A stretch of DNA of 64,000 nt from an uncultured archaeon (GCA_964388035.1 CAYLZE010000004.1:1-64000); one strand, 5' to 3'; counted from the stretch's first letter, positions 21,029-31,842 are shown. Notes: generated by a model from the letters alone, not told the origin. Translations and numbers: made by a program.

Positions 21029-22381
21029 ATGATAGATGAAAATAATAGGATCGTACGTGAAAAAAGTAAACCCAGTAAGTTTTTACTTTTTGGATTACCC
21101 TTTTATTCGAGTTCACTTGTAATGAGTTTCGCAGATGTCTCTTTAGCTACACTTTACATCTTGGCATATAATGTTCCGCCCTTACTTGTGGGATTTGCAT
21201 TAGGTATGGGCAAGTTAACTATTGCCCTCTCTCAATTTTTCTTTGGATGGATCAGCGATGCAAAATACACTCGTTGGGGAAGGAGAAAACCATATTTTAT
21301 TATAATGAGCCCCATTCTTGGAATATCATTCATATTGCTCTTATTACCCAGCTTAATGATTGATATTAGCGACCTCGGAGCGGTTTTCATTTGGTTATTA
21401 GTCACATATCAAATTTTTAACATTAGCTACGCGGTAACTAGCCCATTATATGCCTGGATGGCTGAACAATTTCGAGTAGAGGAGCGGCCAAAAGCCGCGC
21501 AATTTCAAACCATTTTTGATCTATTCGGATCGGCTACCATTTCCGTATTTTCTTTGATTGTAATGACAAGTTTTATTTCCAGTCTCAATGTAAATCCCGG
21601 ATACATTCCCTCGTCATTTTCGTATCCTGTGGTTGTATTTGGCATTGTGTCAATAGTAGTTTTCTATATAGTCAGTTTTCTAATGCCAACGGAACCCCAT
21701 TTTAAAATTGAATCAAGCATATTCCAATATTTGAAAGTCGTGCTTAAAAACAAGAACTTTATAATTGTCACGTTAATGGTTGGTATTGCAAGTTTAGGTT
21801 GGGTTCAAGTATCTTCCTTGATCTTGTTATTCATTGAGGTGGTATTAGTCTTCGACTCAACAACCTATATTCTTGCCGCTGTGCTTTTTCTTGCAGGAAT
21901 TATCGGGTTTTTGGCATTGTGGAGGAAAATGATACAAAAGTTTGGGAAAAAAAGAAGTGTTATATATGATCTGATTGCCGCAATTCTATTTCTGCCATTT
22001 ACATTATTTGCGCTGATTCCCATGCAGTCTACCCTTATTTACGGAATCATTTTTATTATCGGAATTGCAGGAATTTACGCGGGATGGCAAATTTTTCAAT
22101 ATATCGTGTATCCAGATATATCGGAAGATGATGAAAAAAAAACGGGTGAATTGAAAGCAGGTACTTTTAGAGGCATTCCCAGCATTCCTTTAAATATTTT
22201 TCAAGCTTTGGGATTGATCATGATGGGCGCTATATTGACACTTCCACCTGTTAACGTAGGCACTTCTTCCTTTTCTTGGGGTTATATCATATGGGGTCCA
22301 ATTTGCTCCATAATACTAATAGCGACGCTCCTTTTTACCAAAAAGTATATTCAAATTGATTTTGAATGGGAGAAAAAGTGA
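21029..22381 (+). CDS. MFS sugar transporter, GPH/MelB-like (paralogue 3)
   Basis: GWISDAKYTRWGRRKPY; high similarity to 16454-17803. Confidence 0.9.
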   Translation: MIDENNRIVREKSKPSKFLLFGLPFYSSSLVMSFADVSLATLYILAYNVPPLLVGFALGMGKLTIALSQFFFGWISDAKYTRWGRRKPYFIIMSPILGISFILLLLPSLMIDISDLGAVFIWLLVTYQIFNISYAVTSPLYAWMAEQFRVEERPKAAQFQTIFDLFGSATISVFSLIVMTSFISSLNVNPGYIPSSFSYPVVVFGIVSIVVFYIVSFLMPTEPHFKIESSIFQYLKVVLKNKNFIIVTLMVGIASLGWVQVSSLILLFIEVVLVFDSTTYILAAVLFLAGIIGFLALWRKMIQKFGKKRSVIYDLIAAILFLPFTLFALIPMQSTLIYGIIFIIGIAGIYAGWQIFQYIVYPDISEDDEKKTGELKAGTFRGIPSIPLNIFQALGLIMMGAILTLPPVNVGTSSFSWGYIIWGPICSIILIATLLFTKKYIQIDFEWEKK

Positions 22382-22578
22382 TTTATTTCAATAGAAATAA
22401 TCATTCTCCCCTCTTATATTTTTAATTCTACTTTTTTGAAATATCTACTTGTCGTTTTAACATTAATGGGTTGATTTTAAGAGTTGCCCTTAATCGTATT
22501 AAATAAATAATTAAAGAATAAACATGGAACTTTAAATTTGAATAGAAAGTTAATGTTTATTATCATACTATATCAAAA

Positions 22579-23820
22579 TTGAAAAAAATGGTATTAAAAA
22601 AAGATCCAAAAATAATTTTTAAAGAATCAAAGATACCTCAGTATAGTTTACCGGATCCGTTAGTGGATTTAGAAGGCAATCTGGCATCTAATAAAGAAGA
22701 TTGGTGGAATATAAGGAGACCTGAAATTTTAAATTTATATTTTGAAAATATATATGGTAAAATGCCGGGAAAACCAAAACGATTCGATTTTAAAGTCAAA
22801 AAGGTTAAAAAAGGAGCTCTTAATGGTAAGGCCATTATGAAAGAAATAGCCATTAAGTTAGAAAATAATGATAAAAAACTTGAATTAAATCTTCTTCTCT
22901 TTTTACCCAATTCAAATAAAGAGCCTTATAAAACATTTTTAGGATTGAATTTCTATGGAAATCATACAATCCACCATGATCCCGATATTACCATGACAAA
23001 ACAGTGGATACCGAATGAATATGGAATCAGAGAAAATAAAGCAACGGAATCAACTAGAGGGATGCGTGCTGCAAGATGGTCCGTTGAATATTGCATTAAA
23101 AATGATTATGCCGTTGCGACCCTTTACAATGGAGATATCGATCCTGATTATGATGATCACTTTCAGAATGGAGCTCATCCGTTATTTTATAAAGAAGGTC
23201 AACACAAACCTGCTAATGACGAATGGGGGACAATAGGAGCTTGGGCATGGGGTTTAAGTAGAGTGCTCGATTATTTTGAACTCGATAAAGATATAGATCA
23301 CGAAAAGGTAATCGTGTTCGGGCATTCACGATTAGGAAAAACAGCATTATGGGCGGGAGCAACCGATCCCCGATTCGCCATTGTAATATCAAATAATTCT
23401 GGAGCTGGGGGTGCTGCTTTGTTTCGCCGCAAATTTGGAGAAACTATTTATTATTTGAATAAGGTTTATCCTCATTGGTTTTGTCAGAATTTTAAGAAGT
23501 TTGATGAACGGGAAAACGAGCTCCCAATTGATCAACACATGTTAATTTCCCTTATCGCTCCAAGACCTGTATATATAGCAAGTGCTCAAGAAGATTTCTG
23601 GTCAGATCCTTTTGGAGAATTTTTATCGGCAAAATATGCCTCGCCAGTCTATAAGTTATTGGAAACGGATTGTTTGAAAGCCACAAGCATGCCTGAACTA
23701 AGCCAACCCATTTTTTCCTCAATAGGATATCACATTCGTCCTGGCGAGCATGACTTGATGCGTTATGATTTAGAACAATTTATAAAGTTCGCCGATTATC
23801 ACTTATCGTCTAAAATCTAA
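22579..23820 (+). CDS. CE15 glucuronoyl esterase-like hydrolase (no signal peptide)
   Basis: WGTIGAWAWGLSRVLDY, GHSRLGKTALWAGA, NNSGAGG, LPIDQHMLISLIAPRP, YHIRPGEH. Confidence 0.88.
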   Translation: MKKMVLKKDPKIIFKESKIPQYSLPDPLVDLEGNLASNKEDWWNIRRPEILNLYFENIYGKMPGKPKRFDFKVKKVKKGALNGKAIMKEIAIKLENNDKKLELNLLLFLPNSNKEPYKTFLGLNFYGNHTIHHDPDITMTKQWIPNEYGIRENKATESTRGMRAARWSVEYCIKNDYAVATLYNGDIDPDYDDHFQNGAHPLFYKEGQHKPANDEWGTIGAWAWGLSRVLDYFELDKDIDHEKVIVFGHSRLGKTALWAGATDPRFAIVISNNSGAGGAALFRRKFGETIYYLNKVYPHWFCQNFKKFDERENELPIDQHMLISLIAPRPVYIASAQEDFWSDPFGEFLSAKYASPVYKLLETDCLKATSMPELSQPIFSSIGYHIRPGEHDLMRYDLEQFIKFADYHLSSKI

Positions 23821-23862
23821 GATCTTCCCTATTTTTTGGCATTTAGATTAATTTTCTTAAAA

Positions 23863-25083
23863 TTAAGGAAAATTTGGATTGTCTTCTTCAACATAATCCA
23901 AGTAATTATTGATAAATTTAGAAAGTTGCATGAAGTCTGGAGAGATTCCCGTTCGAACGAATATAGCTGTTAATGCATTCCCAAAAAGCAATGATTCCGG
24001 ACCACTCAAATCACATGCTAAACCCGCGACCAAACCTGAATTAAAATGATCTCCTGCTCCTGTCATGAACTTGGGATGAGATGTGAATCCTTCGGTAACC
24101 CACTTAATATGATTTTGGGATACCATGATGGCAAAATGAGGAGAATGCGTGACAAGATAAGAAATATTTAATTTTTCATTAATTAACCTTGTTTTCTCGA
24201 TAAACTCATTTCGATCCATTTGATCTCGATTTATGCATTCCACATTATACAATGATTTATAGATGTCCAAGCATTCTTGATCATTCAATGAAAGTAATAC
24301 TGGCACTTCTTCATTAATTTTCTTCAACACGTTGAGCATTTCTAAGATATCTTCTTTAGTACGTTTCTTTATATCCGCTAAATCTGCAAAAAAGAGCTTT
24401 TCTTTTAAATTTGAGAGAGAAGGAAAGATCTCTTCATGTAACTTAATCCATGTATTAGTTAATTCTGGTATTAACGACCAATGCCCAAATCCCATTACAT
24501 TTGCGTTATTAAGGTTTTGAATAAGGCTTTCTAATGATATTCTTGCTTTAATCAAATCCCAATTAATTTTAAGAATATTGCCAAAATCCTGCATCATGAT
24601 CTTTCCATCATCAAATTCTAAAGCGATGGTATCTCCCGGATTAGTAAAGGAATGGATATCTATGGTTTTTTTAGAAGCTAAGGGTGAAAAAACGCCATGT
24701 AGTTGGGGATATCCACACGCCCCCATTAAGCATATTCTTATGCCGAGGGCGTTCATGGCCCCACAAGTATTAGGTGCAAATCCCCCATATGTTCTGCTTT
24801 TTAATACTCGCTCAACACTGGTCGAACTCCCTGCTGCTTCTATCACTTGCTTTCCATAGGTTTTCATCGATTCCATTTTAATCCATTCTGAAACACTTTT
24901 CCTTGTCGCCACCATTGTATAAAGCGAATCCACGTATCCGTCAAAACCTAAAAAGGTCTTTTTCTTCGCTATAATCTCTGGGAAAGAAGGTAATTTACTT
25001 TTAATTGAGTCCAGAGTTTCTAATGTCTCATCATAATCATTTCTTTTTTCGTACATTTTGACATATATCATGCTTGTATTCAT
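23863..25083 (-). CDS. PfkB/ribokinase-fold carbohydrate kinase-like protein
   Basis: GFDGYVD, GGFAPN, ALEFDDGKIM, TGAGDHFNSG. Confidence 0.8.
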   Translation of the reverse strand: MNTSMIYVKMYEKRNDYDETLETLDSIKSKLPSFPEIIAKKKTFLGFDGYVDSLYTMVATRKSVSEWIKMESMKTYGKQVIEAAGSSTSVERVLKSRTYGGFAPNTCGAMNALGIRICLMGACGYPQLHGVFSPLASKKTIDIHSFTNPGDTIALEFDDGKIMMQDFGNILKINWDLIKARISLESLIQNLNNANVMGFGHWSLIPELTNTWIKLHEEIFPSLSNLKEKLFFADLADIKKRTKEDILEMLNVLKKINEEVPVLLSLNDQECLDIYKSLYNVECINRDQMDRNEFIEKTRLINEKLNISYLVTHSPHFAIMVSQNHIKWVTEGFTSHPKFMTGAGDHFNSGLVAGLACDLSGPESLLFGNALTAIFVRTGISPDFMQLSKFINNYLDYVEEDNPNFP

Positions 25084-25615
25084 TTATTATTTAATACTCA
25101 TATAAAGCTAAGAATTAAAATGTGATCTAAATGTGCACTTATATTAAATGTAAGTTCAATAAGAAGCTTACTAATAGAATTGCTCATTTTTTTCATTATA
25201 CTTTAATACAAGAAAATTTAGATAACTTAAAATGTGTCTAAATCATGGAGTAAATTTTTCTTAAAGAAATGATAATGCCTGCAAAAAAAAAATTTCATTC
25301 TCATAAATTACTTGATTAATTTCTGAGAATCATTAATGAAGTTGAGATTGTCATTGATCTTAAAAATTTAATTATCTTATCTTAATTTTAAACATCAAAT
25401 TGAAAACGGGCTTATTCCTTTTTGATTCTCTTTTTGAAATAAAAAAAAAATATCGTAAAATGAAGCTCTTTATCAGCTTTATTCAGATCCCTATCGCCTA
25501 TTTTGCAAATTGATTGATTTAGTACGATAGATTCCCATCGATAAATTTATTTTAGATCAATTTCTTAATATAGTGTAAATTAGGAATTATTAGGGAATTT
25601 ATTGGGATTTATATC

Positions 25616-26854
25616 ATGCTAGTAGGTAATAGGTTAGATTATAGACTTTTTCCGATCTTTATCCTCACGTTCTTACGTGTATCTGTTGCAAATGCCAGTG
25701 AATTTGCCATTTTACTATATTATTCTTCAATTAGCATTAATCCCGAATTGATTGCAATTATTATCTCGATGAGATCATTCGCTTATTTATTTTCTCCTTT
25801 TCTATTTAATAAATTCTCTCAGAAGATTGGTTATAAAAAAAGTCTCATTATATCTTCGAGTGGGTTTCTCTTTATTTATCTATTCCTCCAAATATTTTTA
25901 AGTCCTTTCTGGAGCTTGATCTTATTTTTTATTGATGGTATTTTAGCCGGGTTGTTTTGGCCGGTTTTGATTAGCTCCCTTTCAGCTATTTCAACCTTAC
26001 CAAGAATTCGCCATGATGATTCCTTGAAAAATAAGATATTTAAAAATTATGGGCTCTCCCAAAATATTGGTAGCATTCTTACCTTCTTGCTTGGCTCCGT
26101 ATTTTCATTTATCACATCAAACACCTTTTTCATCCTTAACGCATGCTTCTTCCTTTCTATAATTTGTATATTTATTGTAATAACGTTCCAAGAGCCTAAG
26201 AAAAGTGCCATGTTTAATTCCCAACATCAACAACAATTTAAAACTTCTCAAGAGGCACGCATAACTATGAAAATTCCTCTTTATATTCCATTATTTCTCA
26301 TTATCATATATACTTTTGCTATGGGGGCATTAGGGTTTCTCTATCCCTTAAAATCCAATGCTCTACACTTTGCCATGTATACGGCCTATTTTATTTCATT
26401 CTTGAGAATTTCTGTTCAAACCTTATCTTTCTCTATTTTAATGTCTTTATCTCTGAAAACCCTTAAAAAACTCATTCCTTTTTCAGCAATTGTGGTAAGT
26501 TTAAGTTTCCTATTTATGGGATACAATACGAACTTCTTAGTATTTATTTTTCTAATTTTTATGTTCGGAATTTCCATTTCTATATTTTATGTTTTCTCTT
26601 TTAAGCTAATTGTTTTTTTAAATGTCTCTAGACGAACTTCCAAATTTTCCGTGTATTATGAAACAATTTATGGATTAGGTTTTTGGATATCTCCGGTATT
26701 AGCAGGCTTTTTAGCAACCATTAATATTAATTTTGCATTTTATATCATGGCTTTCCTCATTTTGATTAATTTATCCATTTATCTTGTAATAAAAGGGAAA
26801 ATAATTTTCATTCCATATCTTATATCTAAAAATGAAATGGCAGTTACAGCATAA
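25616..26854 (+). CDS. MFS transporter (paralogue of 18212-19405)
   Basis: About 12 TMs; shares YLFSPFLF, FIDGIL..LFWP and YETI.GLGFW with 18212. Confidence 0.85.
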   Translation: MLVGNRLDYRLFPIFILTFLRVSVANASEFAILLYYSSISINPELIAIIISMRSFAYLFSPFLFNKFSQKIGYKKSLIISSSGFLFIYLFLQIFLSPFWSLILFFIDGILAGLFWPVLISSLSAISTLPRIRHDDSLKNKIFKNYGLSQNIGSILTFLLGSVFSFITSNTFFILNACFFLSIICIFIVITFQEPKKSAMFNSQHQQQFKTSQEARITMKIPLYIPLFLIIIYTFAMGALGFLYPLKSNALHFAMYTAYFISFLRISVQTLSFSILMSLSLKTLKKLIPFSAIVVSLSFLFMGYNTNFLVFIFLIFMFGISISIFYVFSFKLIVFLNVSRRTSKFSVYYETIYGLGFWISPVLAGFLATININFAFYIMAFLILINLSIYLVIKGKIIFIPYLISKNEMAVTA

Positions 26855-27023
26855 ATACGTCTGTGTAAAGGCGAATATCATTTACCATTACATGATTTAA
26901 TAATTAAAGTCGTAACTTATAAATGAAGCAAAAAATTAAGATATGATTTCTCCTTATTTTCAAAATAGTTAATGCAAGAAAGGGCATAAAAACAAATTTC
27001 TCAATTTAAACAAAAAAAAACAA

Positions 27024-28205
27024 TTAGATTGACAATTTTATGCTAAGCAAAACCATCGCCTCAATAACATTTACAGTCTTTATAATATCAACAACATTTG
27101 GCCATCTGTCATCAAGGTAATGAAATTTTGGATTGGTACCAATTATAGAAAAATAGCGATGCCCGAGTTCATGGATGTTCCTTGCTCCCCTTCGAGGTGG
27201 AGAACCGGGAGGAATTATTAAGTCTGGATAAACTTCCGTCAATTCCATCAATTTAACCCCTAAATTTTCCATGTCTTTATCTGATGCTTGAGTGATTATC
27301 ATGGCTGGTTTTTTTCTTTTTTTCTTTTTTTCTCCTGTCGCTGCAAAATTTGCGCCGAGATGAAGCCAAATTGTTCCTTTTTTCAAGATCGAAGAATAAT
27401 TGGAAAGAAAGAAATCTAAACCTAAATGTCCGAGTTCATGTCCTTTATTGAATGTAAAAAGTACGGTTCTCTCGGGAGTCGTGGTCGATAGTTTTTCCAT
27501 TATTTCTAAAACGCATGCTATCCCCCCACCACGTTCTGAAGCACAGTTCCACCATCCACTGTGAGGGGTCATGATTATTAATGGGGGCAAACTTTCATTT
27601 CTCCCTTTCATTATAGCCCCAACATTAGAGACTCCTACCCGTGTAAGCTCTACCTTTATGGTTAAAGTTGCTTGCGAGTGCAATTTAATCTCTTTTAGTA
27701 TCCAAGGCCAATCTTGACCCGAAAGTTGTAAGACTGGAGGTGAAACGGGATTTTTGTAATTTTCAGCATTTATTGGGGCAATACCGGATGTTAGTTCTTT
27801 TGGGGTTATTATTAGCCCTTGATGTTTCCCATTTTCTCTAAATTTCATTAAAGGTGAATATTGAGAAATTCGAACAGCTCTAAGAGGAGCATCTTCCCTT
27901 CGTCCTAATCTTCCGATGATGATCTCTTCTTCCTTTATGATACTGTCATAAAGTGGAATTCCCTCTACTCTACGATCTCAAATGATAATAGAAGCTTCTT
28001 TAATCGAAATTCTTTTAAAATTAAAAGTGTCAAAATTAGGGTTTAAACCTAAAGCTTTAATGTGGTCTGCCAACCATTGGGCATTCTTGGAATCTCCTTC
28101 AGTACCCGTCCGATGAATGCCTTGCGAGTCATATTCTTCAATTAATTTTTTAATTCTTTCCTCTGAGGCTTTTTTCTCCTCGGGAGTAAATCGCTCAATT
28201 TTCAT
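27024..28205 (-). pseudogene. M28-like Zn peptidase gene interrupted by one in-frame TGA (27978-27980)
   Basis: ORFs 27978-28205 and 27024-27848 are in the same frame with open sequence between them (III*DRRVEGIPLYD); HRTGT, TPHSGWWNCASERGGG, GHELGH, LHLGAN motifs. Confidence 0.8.
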
Positions 28206-28293
28206 GGTTTACCTTAGAACATTTTAAATTAAAAAAAAAATTAATTATGTGTAGTTCTATAAAAGATCAAAAAAATATAATGATTAAAAAAAA

Positions 28294-29391
28294 ATGAATG
28301 CTAGCGTCTATCATGAAAAGGATGGAGATCTCTCCTTACTAAAAGGGAAAACCATTGGAATAATAGGATATGGGAACCAAGCGAAGGCCCAGGCTTTAAA
28401 CATGAGAGATTCCGGCTTAAATGTTATTATTGGGACTGATGATGATAAATTTAAAGAAAGAGCTCGGAATGATAATTTTCCGGTACATGATATTGCGACT
28501 CTTTTTGTTAAGACTGATATCTATTTTTTATTAGTTTCCGACCAACAGATTGGGAAGATATTTGAAGAGAAAATTAAACCATACCTGAAAGAAAATGACA
28601 CGATAGTTTTTTATAGTGGTTACACCATTACTTTCCATGAAATATCCCTTCCGAAAAATGTTGATATACTCTTGATTTCTCCGAGAGTAACGGGAGAAGC
28701 ATTGAGAGAAAATTATTTGAATAAAAAAGGAGTATTTAGCTTTATTCATGTCCATCAAGATGCCACAGGAGGAGCTAAGGAAAACTTATTAGCATTAAGT
28801 AGAGCAACAGGAGCTCTTTCGAGAAGTGGTTTAGATATAACTTTCAGACAACAAGCTATTTTAAACTTATTTTTTGAACATACTTTTATTCATGGTTTTC
28901 TTCAGATCATGATGCGATCAATCCTCACGTTAATTGAGAAAGGGTATCCCCCCGAAGCGATATTCGTAGAACTTTTTCTGTCTGGAGAAGGTGGATATAC
29001 CCTTGATAAGGTCATTGACGTGGGCATGATAAAGCAAATGAACTTCCATTCCAAGACCTCCCAATATGGGCAAATGAGTCGCGGGATCAAATTTAGAAAT
29101 GTGGCCGGCGAAATTGGAGAAATTCAAAAGGAGATTTTTCACCAAATTGAAAATGGAGAATTTGTTAAGGAATGGGACCATGAGCTCAGTAAATTGAAAC
29201 TTCAAATTATGAAGTATTTTGCATCTAAAGTCAAGTTTGCTAAAATTGAAAGTCAGGTACGTGAAAATCTGGGATTTGAAAAAGAGGATTTTTCAAAAGA
29301 GGTTAAGTTTCCTGAGAAAGATAAATTAAACGCACATCCCGAATTAAATGATTTCGTTGAAAATGTAAAAGCATATTATAGAGATTTATAA
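28294..29391 (+). CDS. ilvC: Ketol-acid reductoisomerase-like protein A (lacks the D190 equivalent; keeps E226/E230)
   Basis: GIIGYGNQAKAQALNMRDSG; knot domain LNLFFEH, VELFLSGE, HSKTSQYG. Confidence 0.8.
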   Translation: MNASVYHEKDGDLSLLKGKTIGIIGYGNQAKAQALNMRDSGLNVIIGTDDDKFKERARNDNFPVHDIATLFVKTDIYFLLVSDQQIGKIFEEKIKPYLKENDTIVFYSGYTITFHEISLPKNVDILLISPRVTGEALRENYLNKKGVFSFIHVHQDATGGAKENLLALSRATGALSRSGLDITFRQQAILNLFFEHTFIHGFLQIMMRSILTLIEKGYPPEAIFVELFLSGEGGYTLDKVIDVGMIKQMNFHSKTSQYGQMSRGIKFRNVAGEIGEIQKEIFHQIENGEFVKEWDHELSKLKLQIMKYFASKVKFAKIESQVRENLGFEKEDFSKEVKFPEKDKLNAHPELNDFVENVKAYYRDL

Positions 29392-29407
29392 CAAAGGTGA
29401 TTAAAAA

Positions 29408-30499
29408 TTGACAACTATTTATAGAGAAAAGGATGGAGATTTATCTCTTTTGAAGAATGTGACTATTGGAATGATTGGATATGGAAATCAATCAAGAAGT
29501 CAAGCCCTTAACTTGCGAGATCAAGGTGCCACAGTTATTGTTGGCAATAAAGAGGATGATTATAAAAAAAGGGCAGAGGAAGATGGATTTATCACCTCTA
29601 CTATTTCTGAAGTAGTAATGAAAGCTCAAGTACTGTTCTTCTTAATTCCGGATGAAATAATGGGTGAAGTATTCGAAAAGCAAATAAGACCATATCTAAA
29701 ACAAAACGATGCTATCATCTTTGCAAGTGGATATAATATCGCTTTCGGTTTAATCTCTCCTCCTGAATTTATCGATGTTCTATTAGTTGCCCCTCGCATG
29801 ATTGGAATTGGAGTGCGGGAGACTTTCTTGAATAAGGAAGGATATTTTTCCTTCATTGGAGTACATCAAGATGCATCAGGACATGCTAAAGAAAAACTAT
29901 TGACCTTAAGCAAGGGTGTTGGTGGCCTGGCAAAAGCAGGAATTGAAGTCTCTTTTAAAGAAGAAGCAGTATTAGATCTTTTTTCGGAACAAGGATTTGG
30001 TCCTGCGTTCAGCCAAATAATGATGAAACCAATAAGCATCTTGTTAAATGCGGGGTATCCGGAAGAAGCAGTCCTTATTGAAATGGTCCTCTCGGGAAAA
30101 ATGAAACGCGCCTTTAAAAGCATCAAAGATCACGGTATTATCAATCAAATTCATTTCATGTCCAAAAGAGCTCAGTATGGGGCAATGATAAAGGGTTTAC
30201 AGCTTAGGAACACGATTGATAAAATTGTAAGCATTCAAAAGACCGTGATTGAGAACATCGAGAATGGGGGTTTTGCGAAAGAATGGGAAAAGGTTACATC
30301 GAAAATCAAGTTTAAATTTATAAAATTCATGGCTTCGAAAGTAGGATTTGCAAAGCTAGAAAAAAGGGTACGAACCAGCCTTGGAATGCCCGAAGTTGAT
30401 CTATGGAAAGAAGTTCCCTATCCTAGTGAAAAAGAATTAAAACAATCTCAAATTTTAAAGAAAGAAATGCAGGAGTTTCGAAATTTTCCCGAATTTTAA
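29408..30499 (+). CDS. ilvC: Ketol-acid reductoisomerase-like protein B (keeps D190/E194; E230 equivalent is Lys)
   Basis: GMIGYGNQSRSQALNLRDQG, LIPDE, VAPRMIG, LDLFSEQ, IEMVLSGK; TTG start behind AAGGTGA. Confidence 0.82.
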   Translation: MTTIYREKDGDLSLLKNVTIGMIGYGNQSRSQALNLRDQGATVIVGNKEDDYKKRAEEDGFITSTISEVVMKAQVLFFLIPDEIMGEVFEKQIRPYLKQNDAIIFASGYNIAFGLISPPEFIDVLLVAPRMIGIGVRETFLNKEGYFSFIGVHQDASGHAKEKLLTLSKGVGGLAKAGIEVSFKEEAVLDLFSEQGFGPAFSQIMMKPISILLNAGYPEEAVLIEMVLSGKMKRAFKSIKDHGIINQIHFMSKRAQYGAMIKGLQLRNTIDKIVSIQKTVIENIENGGFAKEWEKVTSKIKFKFIKFMASKVGFAKLEKRVRTSLGMPEVDLWKEVPYPSEKELKQSQILKKEMQEFRNFPEF

Positions 30500-30726
30500 T
30501 ACAGATTGGTGAAAAAAATCGAATTAAAAATAGAGAATTTTTTCTATTTCTATATCATATAAAAATAGAATCTTTTGGGTAATCGAGCAATATTTTGTGG
30601 TTCAATAAGTTTAATCATTTAAAAAGTTTGGTTTAAAAACAGAGCTTGTTCTCCTCGTTACAGAATATAATTTTTGCACTATCTTTTTTTTACTGAGGTT
30701 TTTTATTTTTTTTAGGTTGATGTAAT

Positions 30727-31842
30727 ATGGAAAGTGAAACTGACTCTAAAAATTTAAAGTTCTTTGCGGCAATGAAATTGTTTTTTAAGGAATTAAAAAA
30801 GAATATCGTACTAACTTATATATTAGTTGTGACGCTTCTTCTTATATTATTCTATTCAACGGTTTTAATTGTTTTAGGACCAGTAGATGCTTTGCCTGCT
30901 CCAGGAGAAATACCTGATCTTCGAGGAATTACTTTTTTATTAATGATTTCATATAATTTCTTTTTGTTAATCATTTTTATATTATCATTTATCAAAAAGT
31001 TCTATGAAAATCTGAAAAGAAGCCATTCTCTTCTTAAGCTTCTAGTCATTCATGGCATCTCTTTCATTTTAGCCTTATTTGTTCCAATCTTTATATTTAT
31101 TGGAGCATACATCGTTTCCTATTTTTTATGGTATTCTATAAGCGTTATTTTTCTTCTGTTATTTGCTCGTAAAATTTCTGTCAGGGCAATCGGAAATCAA
31201 ATTTTGAAGAGCAAGAAATTAAGCATTATTAGCTATTTGGCATTTTGGCTAATCGGTTTAATCTTATTCGGAGTGTTATATGCCTCCTTCGATTGGACAT
31301 TATTCTCTTTTAATCAACTTATAATTTTAATGGCCTTCCCGATATTAATCCTGATTGTACCTATTTTAGGGCTAGTTATTAAACCCAAAAGTGGAAACCA
31401 AGCACCTCTGACTCTTTTTGCTCTTATTATCTTCTTCCTTAGCTTTTATAATTGGATTCGTTATCTTAATTGGGATCATAATTCTTCCTCCATGACAATA
31501 ATTGACATGATCATTGATATGACCGTCATTTTATATTCTTTTTTCTCCTTATTTAAAAACGCACAAATCTTTTCCAAAATGGTAAAACAAAAAATACAAA
31601 TTGACCAATTTTTAATGTTATTTATTTGGACCAAAATTTCTTCTACAATCCTATTATTAACAAGCGTGGATTATCAAATTTATGGAATTTCCGCGTCTGA
31701 AGGTACATTTTTAGCTACTATTCTTTTATTATTCTTGCTAAGTATAGTTTTAGCAATTCTTTGGGAGAAAAAAGGACTAACGAAAGAGGAAATGCAAACT
31801 AAAATAACGTTACCCGATATTGCTGCAGATCAGATCAATTAA
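30727..31842 (+). CDS. Polytopic membrane protein of unknown function
   Basis: 371-aa ORF with about 10 hydrophobic segments. Confidence 0.75.
   Translation: MESETDSKNLKFFAAMKLFFKELKKNIVLTYILVVTLLLILFYSTVLIVLGPVDALPAPGEIPDLRGITFLLMISYNFFLLIIFILSFIKKFYENLKRSHSLLKLLVIHGISFILALFVPIFIFIGAYIVSYFLWYSISVIFLLLFARKISVRAIGNQILKSKKLSIISYLAFWLIGLILFGVLYASFDWTLFSFNQLIILMAFPILILIVPILGLVIKPKSGNQAPLTLFALIIFFLSFYNWIRYLNWDHNSSSMTIIDMIIDMTVILYSFFSLFKNAQIFSKMVKQKIQIDQFLMLFIWTKISSTILLLTSVDYQIYGISASEGTFLATILLLFLLSIVLAILWEKKGLTKEEMQTKITLPDIAADQIN

Noticed and set aside
27978-27980. Selenocysteine codon
   Set aside because: Non-redox, Gly-like context and no evident SECIS downstream; kept only as a low-interest check
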